A stretch of DNA of 64,000 nucleotides from Leptospiraceae bacterium. GTDB taxonomy: Bacteria; Spirochaetota; Leptospiria; Leptospirales; Leptospiraceae. Positions 27,511 to 38,076 of the stretch are shown here, piece after piece (position 1 is the stretch's first letter; every line of letters begins with the position of its first letter). Location: assembly GCA_024233865.1 (NCBI GenBank), contig JACKPA010000012.1, positions 1-64,000 on the forward strand, in the 5' to 3' direction. Below the pieces are notes generated by a model that was given only the letters and a program-made list of their open reading frames with translations, ran no database searches and was not told where the DNA came from. The position numbers and the translations under genes were made by a program.

Positions 27511-29049
27511 ATGTTAGAATACTATCGAACGAATCTCAAATTTAAATTTTTAATCCTTAGCCTATTATTTTTTATCATTTTATTTTCTCTTGATTTTTTT
27601 CTTTCTCATTTTTTATACTTAAAGTTTCCAAATCAACTGGAATGGGACACATCTCCCTGGTATAATTTTTTACACAAAAACTACTCCATACGCTTTAAAA
27701 AAAGAGATCCGGATCATGATGTAATGAACCAAGGTGTGATTATTGCGGGCAGTTCCGTTGCTCTGTATTCTGCCTTACCCCAGGACATAGAACATGAACT
27801 AAATCAAGGGAGGCATCAATATAAATTAGAGTTTTATTCCCACGTTGCCATGTCTCCCATGGATTTGTACTACTATTTGGACGATGTTATTCAAAAAAAG
27901 CCTTCCACTGTTCTGTTTTTATTTAATCCTGCTGACTTGCAGTTTGACTATATTGCAGAAGCCAAAGAAGGAGAAGGGTTAACCTATACCGAAGAAGATA
28001 GAGTCAATTATTACAAACAGCGTCATCCGGTAAAAATCTTTTACCCATGGAAATTTTTAAAAGATAACTATAAAAATCTCAACCGACATGACATTGTACA
28101 ACTATTAACCAAACATATTTTGTATATCAACAAATACAGGCTATTTTTTAAGGATCCATTCGAAGCTTATATTGAAAGAAATTATAGAAGTGGAAGGAGC
28201 TATCATAACTATACAGGCATGGTTCCAGACAACGGAATATGGCGAAAAGGTTGGACGGAAGCTCAGTTCAAGATCAATTGTGAAATCAAAAACGGCAAAT
28301 TTACAGAAAGCATCTTTATTCCAGAAGATCATACCGAATTGTATATATATTATCAAGATAGAATATGGAATCGAATGTACTACGCCAAAAGCGGTTGGCA
28401 CAAACTTAATTTTAAAGTACCAAAAGAAATTTCCAATCCACAAATCAAGTTTGAGGTAAACCGAACGGTTAGTTCCCAAAAAATAGACCCAAGTCTGTAC
28501 GGTAAGGAATATTTTTACGGGATCCGATTGTCTCAAAACTTTTGCAAGCAAGACATAGAATCTGATATAGCCTATATTCGAAAAGATAGTTTGGATGATA
28601 AAAAACTACTTGAAATGAGTATCCAAGAATATGAAGAAGACTATTTTGCCAGAATGTACAAAGATTCGGATAAAAGACCGGAATTATTTCGATTACTCGA
28701 TCTTCACAAAAAAAAGGAAATTTTAGGAAGAACTAAATTTCAAAAATGGCCGGAAATTTATTATCTTGAGAAAATCGCCAAAAAATTAAAAAAAGAAAAT
28801 ATTCGGTTTATTCTTGTTAACAACCCGGAAAATCCGATTGAACTAAAAAAATACGTAGATACCCAATGGTACAAAGATTTAATTTCTCATTTTGAGAAAT
28901 TGGAAAAAGAAACTTCTCTTGTTTTTTATGATCTAAAAGATCATATCAAAGATCCAAGGTATTTTATTGATCCCCACCACCTCACCTACCCCGGTTCTCA
29001 AAAGATGACTCCGGTTTACAAAAAAATAATTTTAAAAAATTTTCCTTAA
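27511..29049 (+). CDS. Hypothetical membrane-anchored protein (possibly DUF1574/SGNH-like)
   Basis: N-terminal transmembrane segment; GVIIAGSSVALYS near the N-terminus and DPHHLTYPGSQKMT near the C-terminus recall DltD/SGNH-like Leptospira proteins; weak evidence. Confidence 0.4.
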   Translation: MLEYYRTNLKFKFLILSLLFFIILFSLDFFLSHFLYLKFPNQLEWDTSPWYNFLHKNYSIRFKKRDPDHDVMNQGVIIAGSSVALYSALPQDIEHELNQGRHQYKLEFYSHVAMSPMDLYYYLDDVIQKKPSTVLFLFNPADLQFDYIAEAKEGEGLTYTEEDRVNYYKQRHPVKIFYPWKFLKDNYKNLNRHDIVQLLTKHILYINKYRLFFKDPFEAYIERNYRSGRSYHNYTGMVPDNGIWRKGWTEAQFKINCEIKNGKFTESIFIPEDHTELYIYYQDRIWNRMYYAKSGWHKLNFKVPKEISNPQIKFEVNRTVSSQKIDPSLYGKEYFYGIRLSQNFCKQDIESDIAYIRKDSLDDKKLLEMSIQEYEEDYFARMYKDSDKRPELFRLLDLHKKKEILGRTKFQKWPEIYYLEKIAKKLKKENIRFILVNNPENPIELKKYVDTQWYKDLISHFEKLEKETSLVFYDLKDHIKDPRYFIDPHHLTYPGSQKMTPVYKKIILKNFP

Positions 29050-29062
29050 TTCAATTCAATTT

Positions 29063-29923
29063 TTAATCAATCGAAACACCTAGCTCCTTCAATTTTAGAG
29101 CAAGAGTTTGAGCCCGTTCTTTTTCCTTGTCCGCCCGTTCTTTTTCCTTGTCCGCCCGTTCTTTTTCCTTGTTTGCCCGTTCTTTTTCCTTGTTTGCCCG
29201 TTCTTTTTCCTTGTTCGCTCGTTCTTTTTCCTTGTTTGCCTTTACTTTTTCTTTTTTAGCTTTTATTTTTTCTTTTTCTGCTATGATTCGCTCTTTTTCA
29301 TCCGGTAAAAGAACGAGATTACCGGCTTTATCAAATAACCTTAACCATTTACCCACTGTTTCAAATACTTTTCCTTCCCACAAACCAACATACAAGCCCA
29401 ACTCCTTGGAATATATCCAACCGCGTGAGTCTTTTTTTTCTTCTTTGTATACTTCCAAATCATAATCCCAACGCCAACCTTGAAACGTATTTTCCCGAAA
29501 TGGATAATACACATAGTATTCTGGAGTATGAAAATCATTTCCGTATATCTTCAAATTATCTACTCTATCTTTCTTTTTACTCGAAGGCGAGATGAATTCC
29601 ACTATAAAGTTCGGATAGCAAAACCCTTCTTTTCGAACTACCCATTTTAATCTTTTTTTCGTTCCATCGATTCCCTTTACTATAAAGAAATCCGGTCCAA
29701 CGGATTTAGCGGGTGGCTCCGAATGATAGTAGATAAACATATTTCCGCCGGCAAAAAAATCATCTTTATCTTTCCAATATTCACGAATGGAATACAGCAG
29801 AACGGCAATTGAGTCGAGATGTTCGGGGTTTTCCAAGGGTACATCATCCGTATCAGGTAGTAAATCATCATAATCAGGGGGGTATATTTCGATATTTTTA
29901 GTTAATAACAGTGTTTCTTGCAT
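29063..29923 (-). CDS. Uma2-family (DUF820) PD-(D/E)XK endonuclease-like protein with a C-terminal KEKERAN heptad-repeat tail
   Basis: ENPEHLDSIAVLLYSIREYW...GPDFFIVKG...PNFIVEFISPSSKKKDRVDNLKIY matches the Uma2 (E...D...E-x-S...K) core; the C-terminus is (KEKERAN/D)x7 encoded by a 21-bp tandem repeat. Confidence 0.6.
   Translation of the reverse strand: MQETLLLTKNIEIYPPDYDDLLPDTDDVPLENPEHLDSIAVLLYSIREYWKDKDDFFAGGNMFIYYHSEPPAKSVGPDFFIVKGIDGTKKRLKWVVRKEGFCYPNFIVEFISPSSKKKDRVDNLKIYGNDFHTPEYYVYYPFRENTFQGWRWDYDLEVYKEEKKDSRGWIYSKELGLYVGLWEGKVFETVGKWLRLFDKAGNLVLLPDEKERIIAEKEKIKAKKEKVKANKEKERANKEKERANKEKERANKEKERADKEKERADKEKERAQTLALKLKELGVSID
29113..29280. repeat. 21-bp tandem repeat (cccgttctttttccttgtycg), 6 near-perfect and 2 degenerate copies, inside the CDS
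   Basis: Read directly in the sequence; encodes KEKERAN heptads on the minus strand. Confidence 0.9.
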
Positions 29924-30093
29924 TTGTTTATCCCTGGTTAGAAGTAATTATTTATGCTATACTCTATACACACAATGTAAAGAATAAAATTCATTGCTAT
30001 ACTCTGGTTTATAAAGAAATTTTAAAAAATTTTCCAAACTAAAAATAAAGGATTGAAATACTTGGAAAAATCTCAGACACATCTTTTAATACT

Positions 30094-30534
30094 ATGATGC
30101 CCTACATTGAAATAATAGTTCCTGTATTTTTAAGTGCTATTGCGATAGCAGTGATATATAATGTTTACCATTTATTGCAATCCGTACAACAAAGGTCTTT
30201 CAAACTAAAAAAAGAGCTAAGGGTCATTTCCTCTGCTCTTTATGACGATTACCTTACAAGACTTACCATAAAAGAAACACAGGAATTGGTTGAAAATATA
30301 GTTGAAAAAAGCTCTACAACAATCGAAGAAGCTCATAAAGCAGCTTTGAATGCTACCTTTGAACTTTTAGAAAAAGTTTCCGAAGACAAAGAAACAACTC
30401 AAGCCCTTCAAAAACTGCACAACACCATTGCGTCAGGTATTTACGAAACTCTAAGAATAACCAACAAACAATTTGGCAACCTTACCAATGAACTATTGAA
30501 CCTAAAAGAAAAAGAAAAAAAGGATGAAATTTAG
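30094..30534 (+). CDS. Hypothetical protein with an N-terminal transmembrane helix
   Basis: ORF only; helical, charged C-terminal part. Confidence 0.35.
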   Translation: MMPYIEIIVPVFLSAIAIAVIYNVYHLLQSVQQRSFKLKKELRVISSALYDDYLTRLTIKETQELVENIVEKSSTTIEEAHKAALNATFELLEKVSEDKETTQALQKLHNTIASGIYETLRITNKQFGNLTNELLNLKEKEKKDEI

Positions 30535-31322
30535 TGAAAGTCATCGTACAGCTTTTTAAATAAAAATCTCTCCAAAAAACCGGGAGCAAACAATCGTAGC
30601 CACTTTACGAACTTCCCCGATTTATCAAAAGTTACCAACCTTGAGTTTGGATTTTCAACAGCCCGCATCATTTCTCGGGCAACTTCTTCTGGAGTTAACA
30701 GCTTACCTGAGTACTGTGCTTCATTCAATTGGTTTCCTTTGGCATCCATCCCGGTAGTACGAAGATTTGTTTTGGTATAAGGCGGACAAAAGATGATAGA
30801 CCTTACACCATATTCTGACAATTCAATCCGAACAGATTCAAATACAGCGTGTAAAGCAGATTTGGAAGAAGAGTAGACAGCTCTCCCTGGAATTCCATAT
30901 AAACCGGAAACGGTTGAAGTTGTTATGATCGCGCCTTTTGCATTTTTAATAAATTCTATCAATTTTAGAGTTAGATTGACTGTCCCAAAAAAATTAATAT
31001 CAAAGCTCTTTCTAAATACACTAATATCAGTTTTATCAAATCTACCATGGGTAGTAATTCCTGCATTGTTAAACAATACATCTACTTTTTGCGTTTTTTT
31101 CCCAATTATTTCTTGTGCTTTTGAAATATCCTCATCCGAACTTATATCACACTTGATCTGAACGATCTCAGCTTTCTTTTTTGCTATTTCATTTGCCGGA
31201 CTCCTATCTAAAGCAAAAACTGTGCACTTTATCTGGTTCAACTCATTTAAAACCGCTTCTCCTATCCCACTAGATGTCCCTGTGATAACAACGTTTTTGT
31301 TTTCCCAAAATTCTTGACTCAT
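30531..31322 (-). CDS. Short-chain dehydrogenase/reductase (SDR) family oxidoreductase
   Basis: TGTSSGIGEAV cofactor motif, NNAG, and catalytic YSSSKSAL. Confidence 0.85.
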   Translation of the reverse strand: MSQEFWENKNVVITGTSSGIGEAVLNELNQIKCTVFALDRSPANEIAKKKAEIVQIKCDISSDEDISKAQEIIGKKTQKVDVLFNNAGITTHGRFDKTDISVFRKSFDINFFGTVNLTLKLIEFIKNAKGAIITTSTVSGLYGIPGRAVYSSSKSALHAVFESVRIELSEYGVRSIIFCPPYTKTNLRTTGMDAKGNQLNEAQYSGKLLTPEEVAREMMRAVENPNSRLVTFDKSGKFVKWLRLFAPGFLERFLFKKLYDDFH

Positions 31323-31362
31323 TCTCCACCTCTTTAGAAATTTAATTCCATTTTATATAGGT

Positions 31363-32664
31363 TTATGATGGTTCAATGGAATTCAATTCAATTTTTTGAT
31401 CCAACGGAATCCATACGGTAAATATGCTCCCTTTTCCGTTCTCACTTTTCACTTGTATGGAACCACCCAAAGCATCTACCGAACGCTTTACTATATTCAA
31501 ACCCAAACCAATTCCTTGAATTCGACCTATATTTTTTGCCCTATAAAACAAAGAAAATAAACTATCTATCTCTTCCGCTGGTACCCCTATACCAAAATCT
31601 TGAATTTTAAATTCTAATTCATTTGCAACTTCTTTTATTTCAATCAAGATTTCTTTATTATCCGGAGAATATTTGATAGCATTGGAAATCAAATTATAAT
31701 AGATGTTCCTGAGTAATTTTCTATCCAAAAGATAAGATTTGTCCGCTTTTATATGATAGCTAACCTTGATTCTATCATTTGAAAGGTTCCGAAATTGCTC
31801 TATAACATTTTCCAAATAAGAATACAAATTAATCTCTACTAATTCCATCGGTGGATTTCGTTCCGAGTGATCGATAAACAATATTCCCTCTACAAGTGAA
31901 TTCAGATCAGCTATAGAATCCCTGATATTTCTAAAACATCGTTTTCTTTTATCCTGTGTAAGACGATCATAATTTAATTCAAGCAATTCGGTAGAAAAAA
32001 CAATAGAAGTCAAAGGAGTTCTGACTTCATGAGAAATCATTGATAAAAAGGAAGATTTTAGGTCATGCAACTCTTTTTGTTTCTTTAGTGCTTTGTCTAA
32101 TTGTTTAGTTCTTTCAATAACTTTTTGCTCCAAACTTTCATTTAAGACTTGCAACTCTTCCAAAAGTATTTTTTTACTCTGAATGGCATCGTAATATTCC
32201 ACTGCGCTAAAAACGGTATGCAATAATTTTTCATGCCCGGTACCTTTGCTTATATAGGCAAAGGGCCTATACTCATTAATCAGTTTATAAGGATTTATCA
32301 AGTCCTGGTAAGCAGAATAAAAAATGATAGGTATAAAGGGGTTTTCTTTTTTCAGTTCCATATAGGTTTCAAAGCCATCTTTTTCTGCCATTTTGATATC
32401 AAGGATAACTGCATAGATGCTTTCATTGAATACTTTTATACCTTCGTCTCCGGAATTGCATAAAACGGAATTGAAATGCTCTTGTAAAACCAACTGGAGA
32501 GAGGCTAAAATATTACTATCATCGTCTACCACAAGTACAGTTTTTCTATAAGACTTTTTTAATTTCGTCTCATTTTCCAATTGCGTTTCTCTATGTAGCA
32601 TATCATCAAAATCACTAAATGCCATCTTATCTCTCTCCAATGCAATTAAGACGGGTAAACACAT
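31363..32664 (-). CDS. Response-regulator/histidine-kinase fusion (N-terminal receiver, HisKA, HATPase_c)
   Basis: Receiver VLVVDDDSNIL...ILDIKMAEKDGFE; H-box ISHEVRTPL; GIGLGL G2 box; no transmembrane segment. Confidence 0.8.
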   Translation of the reverse strand: MCLPVLIALERDKMAFSDFDDMLHRETQLENETKLKKSYRKTVLVVDDDSNILASLQLVLQEHFNSVLCNSGDEGIKVFNESIYAVILDIKMAEKDGFETYMELKKENPFIPIIFYSAYQDLINPYKLINEYRPFAYISKGTGHEKLLHTVFSAVEYYDAIQSKKILLEELQVLNESLEQKVIERTKQLDKALKKQKELHDLKSSFLSMISHEVRTPLTSIVFSTELLELNYDRLTQDKRKRCFRNIRDSIADLNSLVEGILFIDHSERNPPMELVEINLYSYLENVIEQFRNLSNDRIKVSYHIKADKSYLLDRKLLRNIYYNLISNAIKYSPDNKEILIEIKEVANELEFKIQDFGIGVPAEEIDSLFSLFYRAKNIGRIQGIGLGLNIVKRSVDALGGSIQVKSENGKGSIFTVWIPLDQKIELNSIEPS

Positions 32665-32685
32665 GGGGTTTATGGTTTACTCGTT

Positions 32686-34407
32686 TCAATAATCAATAAT
32701 TTTATTCCTGATTTCAGAATTAGCAAAAATTCCGTCACTTTTACGCTGACCTTTGATTCCATTTTCTACCATCTCAGCAAAGCCAGAAGCAAAATAGACA
32801 TAAATTGAGTCCGAATTAGAATCATGTACTGCTTGCTCTATTAGTTCGGACAAAGCAAAACAATAATAAGCAAGATCAGCAATAAAAACTCGGTTCATGT
32901 CCTTCCATTCTTTGGTTTCCTTTTCTAAAATATTTTTTAGCTTATCCACTTTTAAGTGGAAAACTCCCAAAGCATATTTTAAAGCCGGATACTTTTCCGC
33001 AGAATTTACGTTTTTTTCCAGCTCCTCCATAAAGGCTTTGTACTTTTTAGGTCGATGAATGGCGTGTAAAAAATGATCCGTTATGATAAGATGCGTTCCT
33101 TCCCAAGTTTCGTTAATAATGGAATCATTGTGAAGTCTTGGCAAAACGGAAAAGTCTCCTAAGATTCCGTTTCCTCCCAAACACATAATGGCAGACCAAG
33201 TAATTTCGGTAGCTTGAGCAGAGGCTTTGTATTTTAACAAAGGAGCAATTACTTCCTGTGATTCGGATTTATTTTCTATCTGGTGAATGAACTTAAATAT
33301 GGCGAATGTAACAGCCGTTTGCAAAATCATCATTTCACAAAGTTGGATTGAAAAGGCTGGAAATTGTTTGATTTTTTTCCCATAGGCAGTTCTCCAATTT
33401 GCGTATTCAATTGCCTCTACAATGGCTCTCCTTGCACCAGCCGTTGAACCAAGGGCAACGTGTAATCTGGAAATTTTAATAATATATTTGATCAAATTGG
33501 CGATTCCATGAGCCGGTCGTCCCAATTCCTCTGCTTCCAAATCCTCATAGATAGCTTCTGCTGTTACTTTCCCTTTAGAGCCTATAACATCTTTTTTCCT
33601 TAGCAGGTGATGTCCGTTCAATTCTCCGTTTTCTTTCCAACGAGGAACCAAAAACAATCCTACAATGTTGGTTCCTTCTATTTTTGCAGTTGTAACCCAA
33701 AGGTCACCGGGATTAGAACAAAACCACTTTTCCCCATTTAAAATCCATTTTCCATTTTCTGCTTTGCGTGCTACGGTTCGGTTGGCTTGTACATTACTCC
33801 CCCCTACTCTTTCTGTTACGTATTGACCTGCCATAAAATACGATGTGCTCTTTTCACCCGCTACCAAAGAAAGATATTTCTTCTTTTGATCTTCTGTCCC
33901 TAAAGCCTGAATTGCGCAAATGATCCCTTCCGTCATTGCCAAAGGACAAGCCACTCCTCCTTCACCCAACATATTTACGAGGTATGTCAAGGTATATCTA
34001 TGCAAACCAGTAAAAGGGTGTTTCCAATTGGAATGAAAATCAAGGTTTACAATCCCATATTCATAAGAAATTCTCCTGGATTCTACCTGTTCTTTTGCAT
34101 AAACGATTTCATCAATACGATTTCCTACCTTATCGTATTTAACCAACTCTCCATACTGCCCTTCTTTGTGACAAGCTTCGGTTAATTCGTCGAGCTTTCC
34201 ACCAACCAATTCTCCATAACCGCTTATGTGTTCGAGCATGGCTTGTTTGTGATCTCTGGAATAATTTGTTGAATAACGATCTATCACTCTCTGGAGAGCA
34301 GAATCTATTTTATAAAAGTTTTTACCTCTTGCACCTTTGTAGTCAGTCAGATCAAAAGGTGCAAGCCCCGGATTAATTTTTTGTGTTGTTGTCATACCTA
34401 TAACCAT
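32686..34407 (-). CDS. AidB-like acyl-CoA dehydrogenase family protein
   Basis: 573 aa; ACAD middle and C-terminal domain patterns ([17 protein letters not shown]; YGKKIKQFP...; CLGGNGIL). Confidence 0.7.
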   Translation of the reverse strand: MVIGMTTTQKINPGLAPFDLTDYKGARGKNFYKIDSALQRVIDRYSTNYSRDHKQAMLEHISGYGELVGGKLDELTEACHKEGQYGELVKYDKVGNRIDEIVYAKEQVESRRISYEYGIVNLDFHSNWKHPFTGLHRYTLTYLVNMLGEGGVACPLAMTEGIICAIQALGTEDQKKKYLSLVAGEKSTSYFMAGQYVTERVGGSNVQANRTVARKAENGKWILNGEKWFCSNPGDLWVTTAKIEGTNIVGLFLVPRWKENGELNGHHLLRKKDVIGSKGKVTAEAIYEDLEAEELGRPAHGIANLIKYIIKISRLHVALGSTAGARRAIVEAIEYANWRTAYGKKIKQFPAFSIQLCEMMILQTAVTFAIFKFIHQIENKSESQEVIAPLLKYKASAQATEITWSAIMCLGGNGILGDFSVLPRLHNDSIINETWEGTHLIITDHFLHAIHRPKKYKAFMEELEKNVNSAEKYPALKYALGVFHLKVDKLKNILEKETKEWKDMNRVFIADLAYYCFALSELIEQAVHDSNSDSIYVYFASGFAEMVENGIKGQRKSDGIFANSEIRNKIIDY

Positions 34408-35462
34408 TTCTTTTTTCTAAAAAAAACTAACATTCCCATACCAATCAATGACATAAAGAATAAAATAAAATAATAGCCCCAGTGCCATTCAAGTTCCGGC
34501 ATATTTTTAAAGTTCATTCCATAAACACCTACAATAAAAGTCAATGGAATAAAGATTGTAGACATAATTGTTAGCACTTTCATTACTTCATTCATTCGAT
34601 AGCTTATACTAGATAGATAAATATCCAACATTCCCGAAACCATAGTTCTGAAATTTTCTATCGTATCAATAACTTGTATAGTGTGATCGTATACGTCACG
34701 AAGAAAAATATGTGTTGATTGTTTTATTAATTTTGTATCCGTTCTTTGCAAATTAGACAAAACTTCTCTTAAAGGCCAAACGGATTTACGAAAATATATC
34801 ATTTCCTTTTTTAAATTATGGATTGTTTTTAAAGTTCCAGGAACCGGTTTGGAAACAACGTCTTCTTCCAAATCTTCGATCTGGTCTTCAATGTATTCCA
34901 AAATAATAAAATAATTATCAACAATAGAATCAATTAAAGCATAAACAAGATAATCCGTATGCATTTTTCTGATTCTTCCTTTGCCTGCTTTTATTCTTTC
35001 TGCAATTGGTTTGAATATATCTCCTTTCTTTTCCTGGAAAGAAATTACAAAATTAGAGCTTAAAATAAAACTCACCTGCTCAAATTCTATTCGATTTTTT
35101 TTCTCATTAAAGAGGATCATTTTCATAACAATAAAAATATAACTTTCAAAATCTTCCATTTTTAACCGTTGATCGGTATTGAGAATATCTTCTAAGATAA
35201 GAGGATGAAGATCAAAATAAATCCCTAACTTTTCAATTATATCAACTTGATGAATGCCACTGACATTGATCCACGTTACATTGGAACTGTTTTTAAAAGG
35301 AAAACATTCTTCCACATTTTCCACTTCAATTTCTTTGAAATTATCTTCGTTATAATCAATTATTTTGATTTCAATTTTTTCAGTTGAAGCATCTCCGATA
35401 TGAACCAAGGCTCCCGCCGGAAGTCCAATTTTCTTTGTTCTTGTTTTTACTAATTCAGTCAT
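34398..35462 (-). CDS. corA: Magnesium/cobalt transporter CorA
   Basis: YGMNF (GMN motif) before two C-terminal transmembrane helices; 354 aa. Confidence 0.85.
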   Translation of the reverse strand: MTELVKTRTKKIGLPAGALVHIGDASTEKIEIKIIDYNEDNFKEIEVENVEECFPFKNSSNVTWINVSGIHQVDIIEKLGIYFDLHPLILEDILNTDQRLKMEDFESYIFIVMKMILFNEKKNRIEFEQVSFILSSNFVISFQEKKGDIFKPIAERIKAGKGRIRKMHTDYLVYALIDSIVDNYFIILEYIEDQIEDLEEDVVSKPVPGTLKTIHNLKKEMIYFRKSVWPLREVLSNLQRTDTKLIKQSTHIFLRDVYDHTIQVIDTIENFRTMVSGMLDIYLSSISYRMNEVMKVLTIMSTIFIPLTFIVGVYGMNFKNMPELEWHWGYYFILFFMSLIGMGMLVFFRKKKWL

Positions 35463-35740
35463 AACTAATTTCTACCTAGGTAACATTGTAATCTTCCATT
35501 TCCAATAATCAGAATCAGCAAATCATAATTCAACCTACTTTTTCAATAATTTTTTAATATTATGCTCCCAAGTTTTTCAATCTTTTTTGTTATATCAACA
35601 TTTGGAATAGTCAATGCGGAAATAATATAGCTTTGAATCGAGATAAGACTAGTGTTTGGAATACCTCTAACATGTGTATACAAATGTGAATTTTTCTTTC
35701 TATCTAAAAGAAATATTTTATTAACTTAAATGGCTAAAAA

Positions 35741-35902
35741 GAAATTACTCTTGAATATCCACTGCTACTATTTTACTATCATGTTAGCTCCGCTTGACAA
35801 CGAAACCATTTTCAAAAAAGCCTTTGCGGATAAAGAAGTCTTTGAATGTTTTGTCAAAGACATATTCGGGATTGAAATCCAAGTAGATACCAGAGAAAAG
35901 TA
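35741..35902 (+). pseudogene. 53-codon N-terminal fragment of a PD-(D/E)XK nuclease-family (Rpn/PDDEXK_2-like) transposase
   Basis: The translation MAKKKLLLNIHCYYFTIMLAPLDNETIFKKAFADKEVFECFVKDIFGIEIQVDTREK* carries the family's N-terminal ...D..FKK.F......L..FL..IL signature, then stops. Confidence 0.4.
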
Positions 35903-35903
35903 A

Positions 35904-36698
35904 CTACTGATATGGGATCATAACCGTAAACTTAGTCCCAACATTCTCTTGGCTACTAAATTCGATAGAACCTTTGCATAAATCTAACAGTCTTTTAACA
36001 ATGGACATTCCTAAGCCTGTACCTTGCTTTTCTTTTACATTTTCGCATCTATAAAAATCTTCAAAAATATACTTTTGCTCTTCCTCTGGTATCCCAATAC
36101 CATAATCTTGAAATGTTAAAACTACCCGCCCGTCATTACATTCTACAAAAAAGTCTACCACTGCATTACCTTGCATGGAATACTTTATGGCGTTAGTTAA
36201 TAAATTTACGACTATTTGTCGAAAAATTTTTGGATCAATTTGTATGAAGGTAGAATGATTATTTTTATAATTTATTTTGCAACCTTCAAAGTTCAATTCC
36301 ATTTCTTGGACTATGTCACGACATAATTCATCCAAATTCGTTTCTTGAGAATTGACTTCCATTTTTCCCAAATCATACTTTTCCAATTTAAGCACATCCA
36401 CAAGCAACTCATCCATTCGGTTGACTGATAAAATAACGTTTTGAAAATAGTGTGCTTTCTTTTCATCCCCCCAATTATCAGTATTTTTTTCCAAAAGTTG
36501 GATGGATGACTTTATTGTTGTGAGCGGTGCTTTAAACTCGTGTGTAACGGTAGAAAGGAAACGAAGTTGATCTTCTCTACGTTTTTCCTCTGCTTGCTTT
36601 CCCTCCATAACCTCTTGAGAAACATCAGAATATGTTTTTAGTTCCCTCTCAAGTTCTAAAACCTTTTTCTCCAGTTCCTCGTAAGTTGGCTTTTTCAT
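35904..36698 (-). CDS. Cytoplasmic histidine kinase (HisKA + HATPase_c)
   Basis: H-box THEFKAPLTTI; NLLTNAIKYS; DYGIGIP; GTGLGMS. Confidence 0.8.
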   Translation of the reverse strand: MKKPTYEELEKKVLELERELKTYSDVSQEVMEGKQAEEKRREDQLRFLSTVTHEFKAPLTTIKSSIQLLEKNTDNWGDEKKAHYFQNVILSVNRMDELLVDVLKLEKYDLGKMEVNSQETNLDELCRDIVQEMELNFEGCKINYKNNHSTFIQIDPKIFRQIVVNLLTNAIKYSMQGNAVVDFFVECNDGRVVLTFQDYGIGIPEEEQKYIFEDFYRCENVKEKQGTGLGMSIVKRLLDLCKGSIEFSSQENVGTKFTVMIPYQ

Positions 36699-36729
36699 AA
36701 AATTTCACTCTATTTAACAGTATTAGACT

Positions 36730-38076
36730 CTAAATAGCTTGTGAAAAAACACTACTCTCTGGAGATTTTGCTCGTAATCTAAAATCTAATCCCATACAAA
36801 CGTTTCTCAAAAAAGGCCGTCCTTTATCGGTGACTTTAAGGTGATTATTTTCCCAGTGTATTAAATAATCCTCTTCCATGGTTATCAAAAAATCTCGAAC
36901 AGAACCAAAGATATTTTCCGGTATTTCAACTTCCCAACTTGTAGAAAGCTTCAAAATTAGCTTTCTATACAATATATCTTCCTGGGTTAGTTTATGTCCT
37001 CGCAAGGTAGGCAGTTTCCCCTCGCCAATTCTTTTGTTGTACTTTTTAAGAATTTTCTCGTTTTGATGAAAAGCATCCCAACTATCGGAAATCGAAGAAA
37101 CTCCTAAGCCCAGGAGCAAATCCGTCTTGTTTTCTGTATATCCCATAAAATTACGATGAAGTTTTGATTCTAGTACGGCTCTCCACAAATTATCGGTTTT
37201 GAGGGCAAAATGATCCATTCCAATTTCCACATATCCACTTTGCTCAAACAGACTGCGACCAACTTCATACAGCTTTCTTTTTTCAGGTCCAAGTGGTAAG
37301 TCCTTTTCCGTAAATAACCTTTGGGAAGGTTTTATCCATGGAACATGAGCATAGCTATAAAAAGCTATTCTATCCGGCATAAGTTCTAAGGTCTTTTCAA
37401 TTGTGTTAACCATGGAACTTTCAGTTTGCCTGGGCAATCCGTATATTAAATCAAAATTTACCGAATTGTAACCCAACTCTCTCGCCGTTTCCGTCACAAA
37501 TTTCGTTTTTTCATAAGGCTGAAACCTATTGATAAGTTTTTGAACTTCTTCGTTAAAGTCTTGCACTCCTAAGCTAATCCTTTTGAAACCTAGATCGCTT
37601 AAAACTTTTAGTTGCTCTTTTCGAGTCCTTCGCGGATCAACTTCTATGGAAAAAACCGGACTATCACTTACTTTTAACTTCGTAAGCAAATTATAAACTA
37701 CTTTATGAAGGTGGTCTTCCGATAAATAAGTGGGAGAACCACCGCCAAGGTGCAATTCCTTAAATTCTCTGTTTTTCAGTTCGGGAACGCTATCATAATA
37801 CATCTGAAACTCTTTTGCTAAAGTCTCAATGTACGGATCTTCTACGGAGTGGTTTTTGGTTATAGAAGTATTACACCCACAAAATGTACATAAAGTTTCA
37901 CAAAAAGGAACATGCACATAAATCGAAATGTTGGATTCAGATGGTGCTAAACACCCTTGAACGTGGTCTATCCATTCTTCTGAGGTAGGGCTATCAGTCC
38001 AGTATGGAACGGTAGGATAACTTGTATACCTGGGAACAGGAACATCATACTTTTTTATCAATTCAGCCGAAATCAT
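36730..38076 (-). CDS. hemN: Oxygen-independent coproporphyrinogen III oxidase (radical SAM) HemN
   Basis: YVHVPFCETLCTFCGCN radical-SAM cluster motif; 448 aa; overlaps hemE by 4 bp. Confidence 0.85.
   Translation of the reverse strand: MISAELIKKYDVPVPRYTSYPTVPYWTDSPTSEEWIDHVQGCLAPSESNISIYVHVPFCETLCTFCGCNTSITKNHSVEDPYIETLAKEFQMYYDSVPELKNREFKELHLGGGSPTYLSEDHLHKVVYNLLTKLKVSDSPVFSIEVDPRRTRKEQLKVLSDLGFKRISLGVQDFNEEVQKLINRFQPYEKTKFVTETARELGYNSVNFDLIYGLPRQTESSMVNTIEKTLELMPDRIAFYSYAHVPWIKPSQRLFTEKDLPLGPEKRKLYEVGRSLFEQSGYVEIGMDHFALKTDNLWRAVLESKLHRNFMGYTENKTDLLLGLGVSSISDSWDAFHQNEKILKKYNKRIGEGKLPTLRGHKLTQEDILYRKLILKLSTSWEVEIPENIFGSVRDFLITMEEDYLIHWENNHLKVTDKGRPFLRNVCMGLDFRLRAKSPESSVFSQAI

Noticed and set aside
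29113-29280. Whether the 21-bp tandem repeats could be a CRISPR array
   Set aside because: The units are contiguous with no spacers, they are 21 bp long, and they lie in frame within a CDS, so this is a coding tandem repeat and not a CRISPR array.
29108-29465. Plus-strand ORFs 29108-29308 and 29127-29465, which encode FFFLVRP/ARSFSLF repeats
   Set aside because: They are the antisense read-through of the 21-bp tandem repeat inside the minus-strand Uma2-like gene. The minus-strand frame has a coherent N-terminal domain and the plus-strand frames do not.
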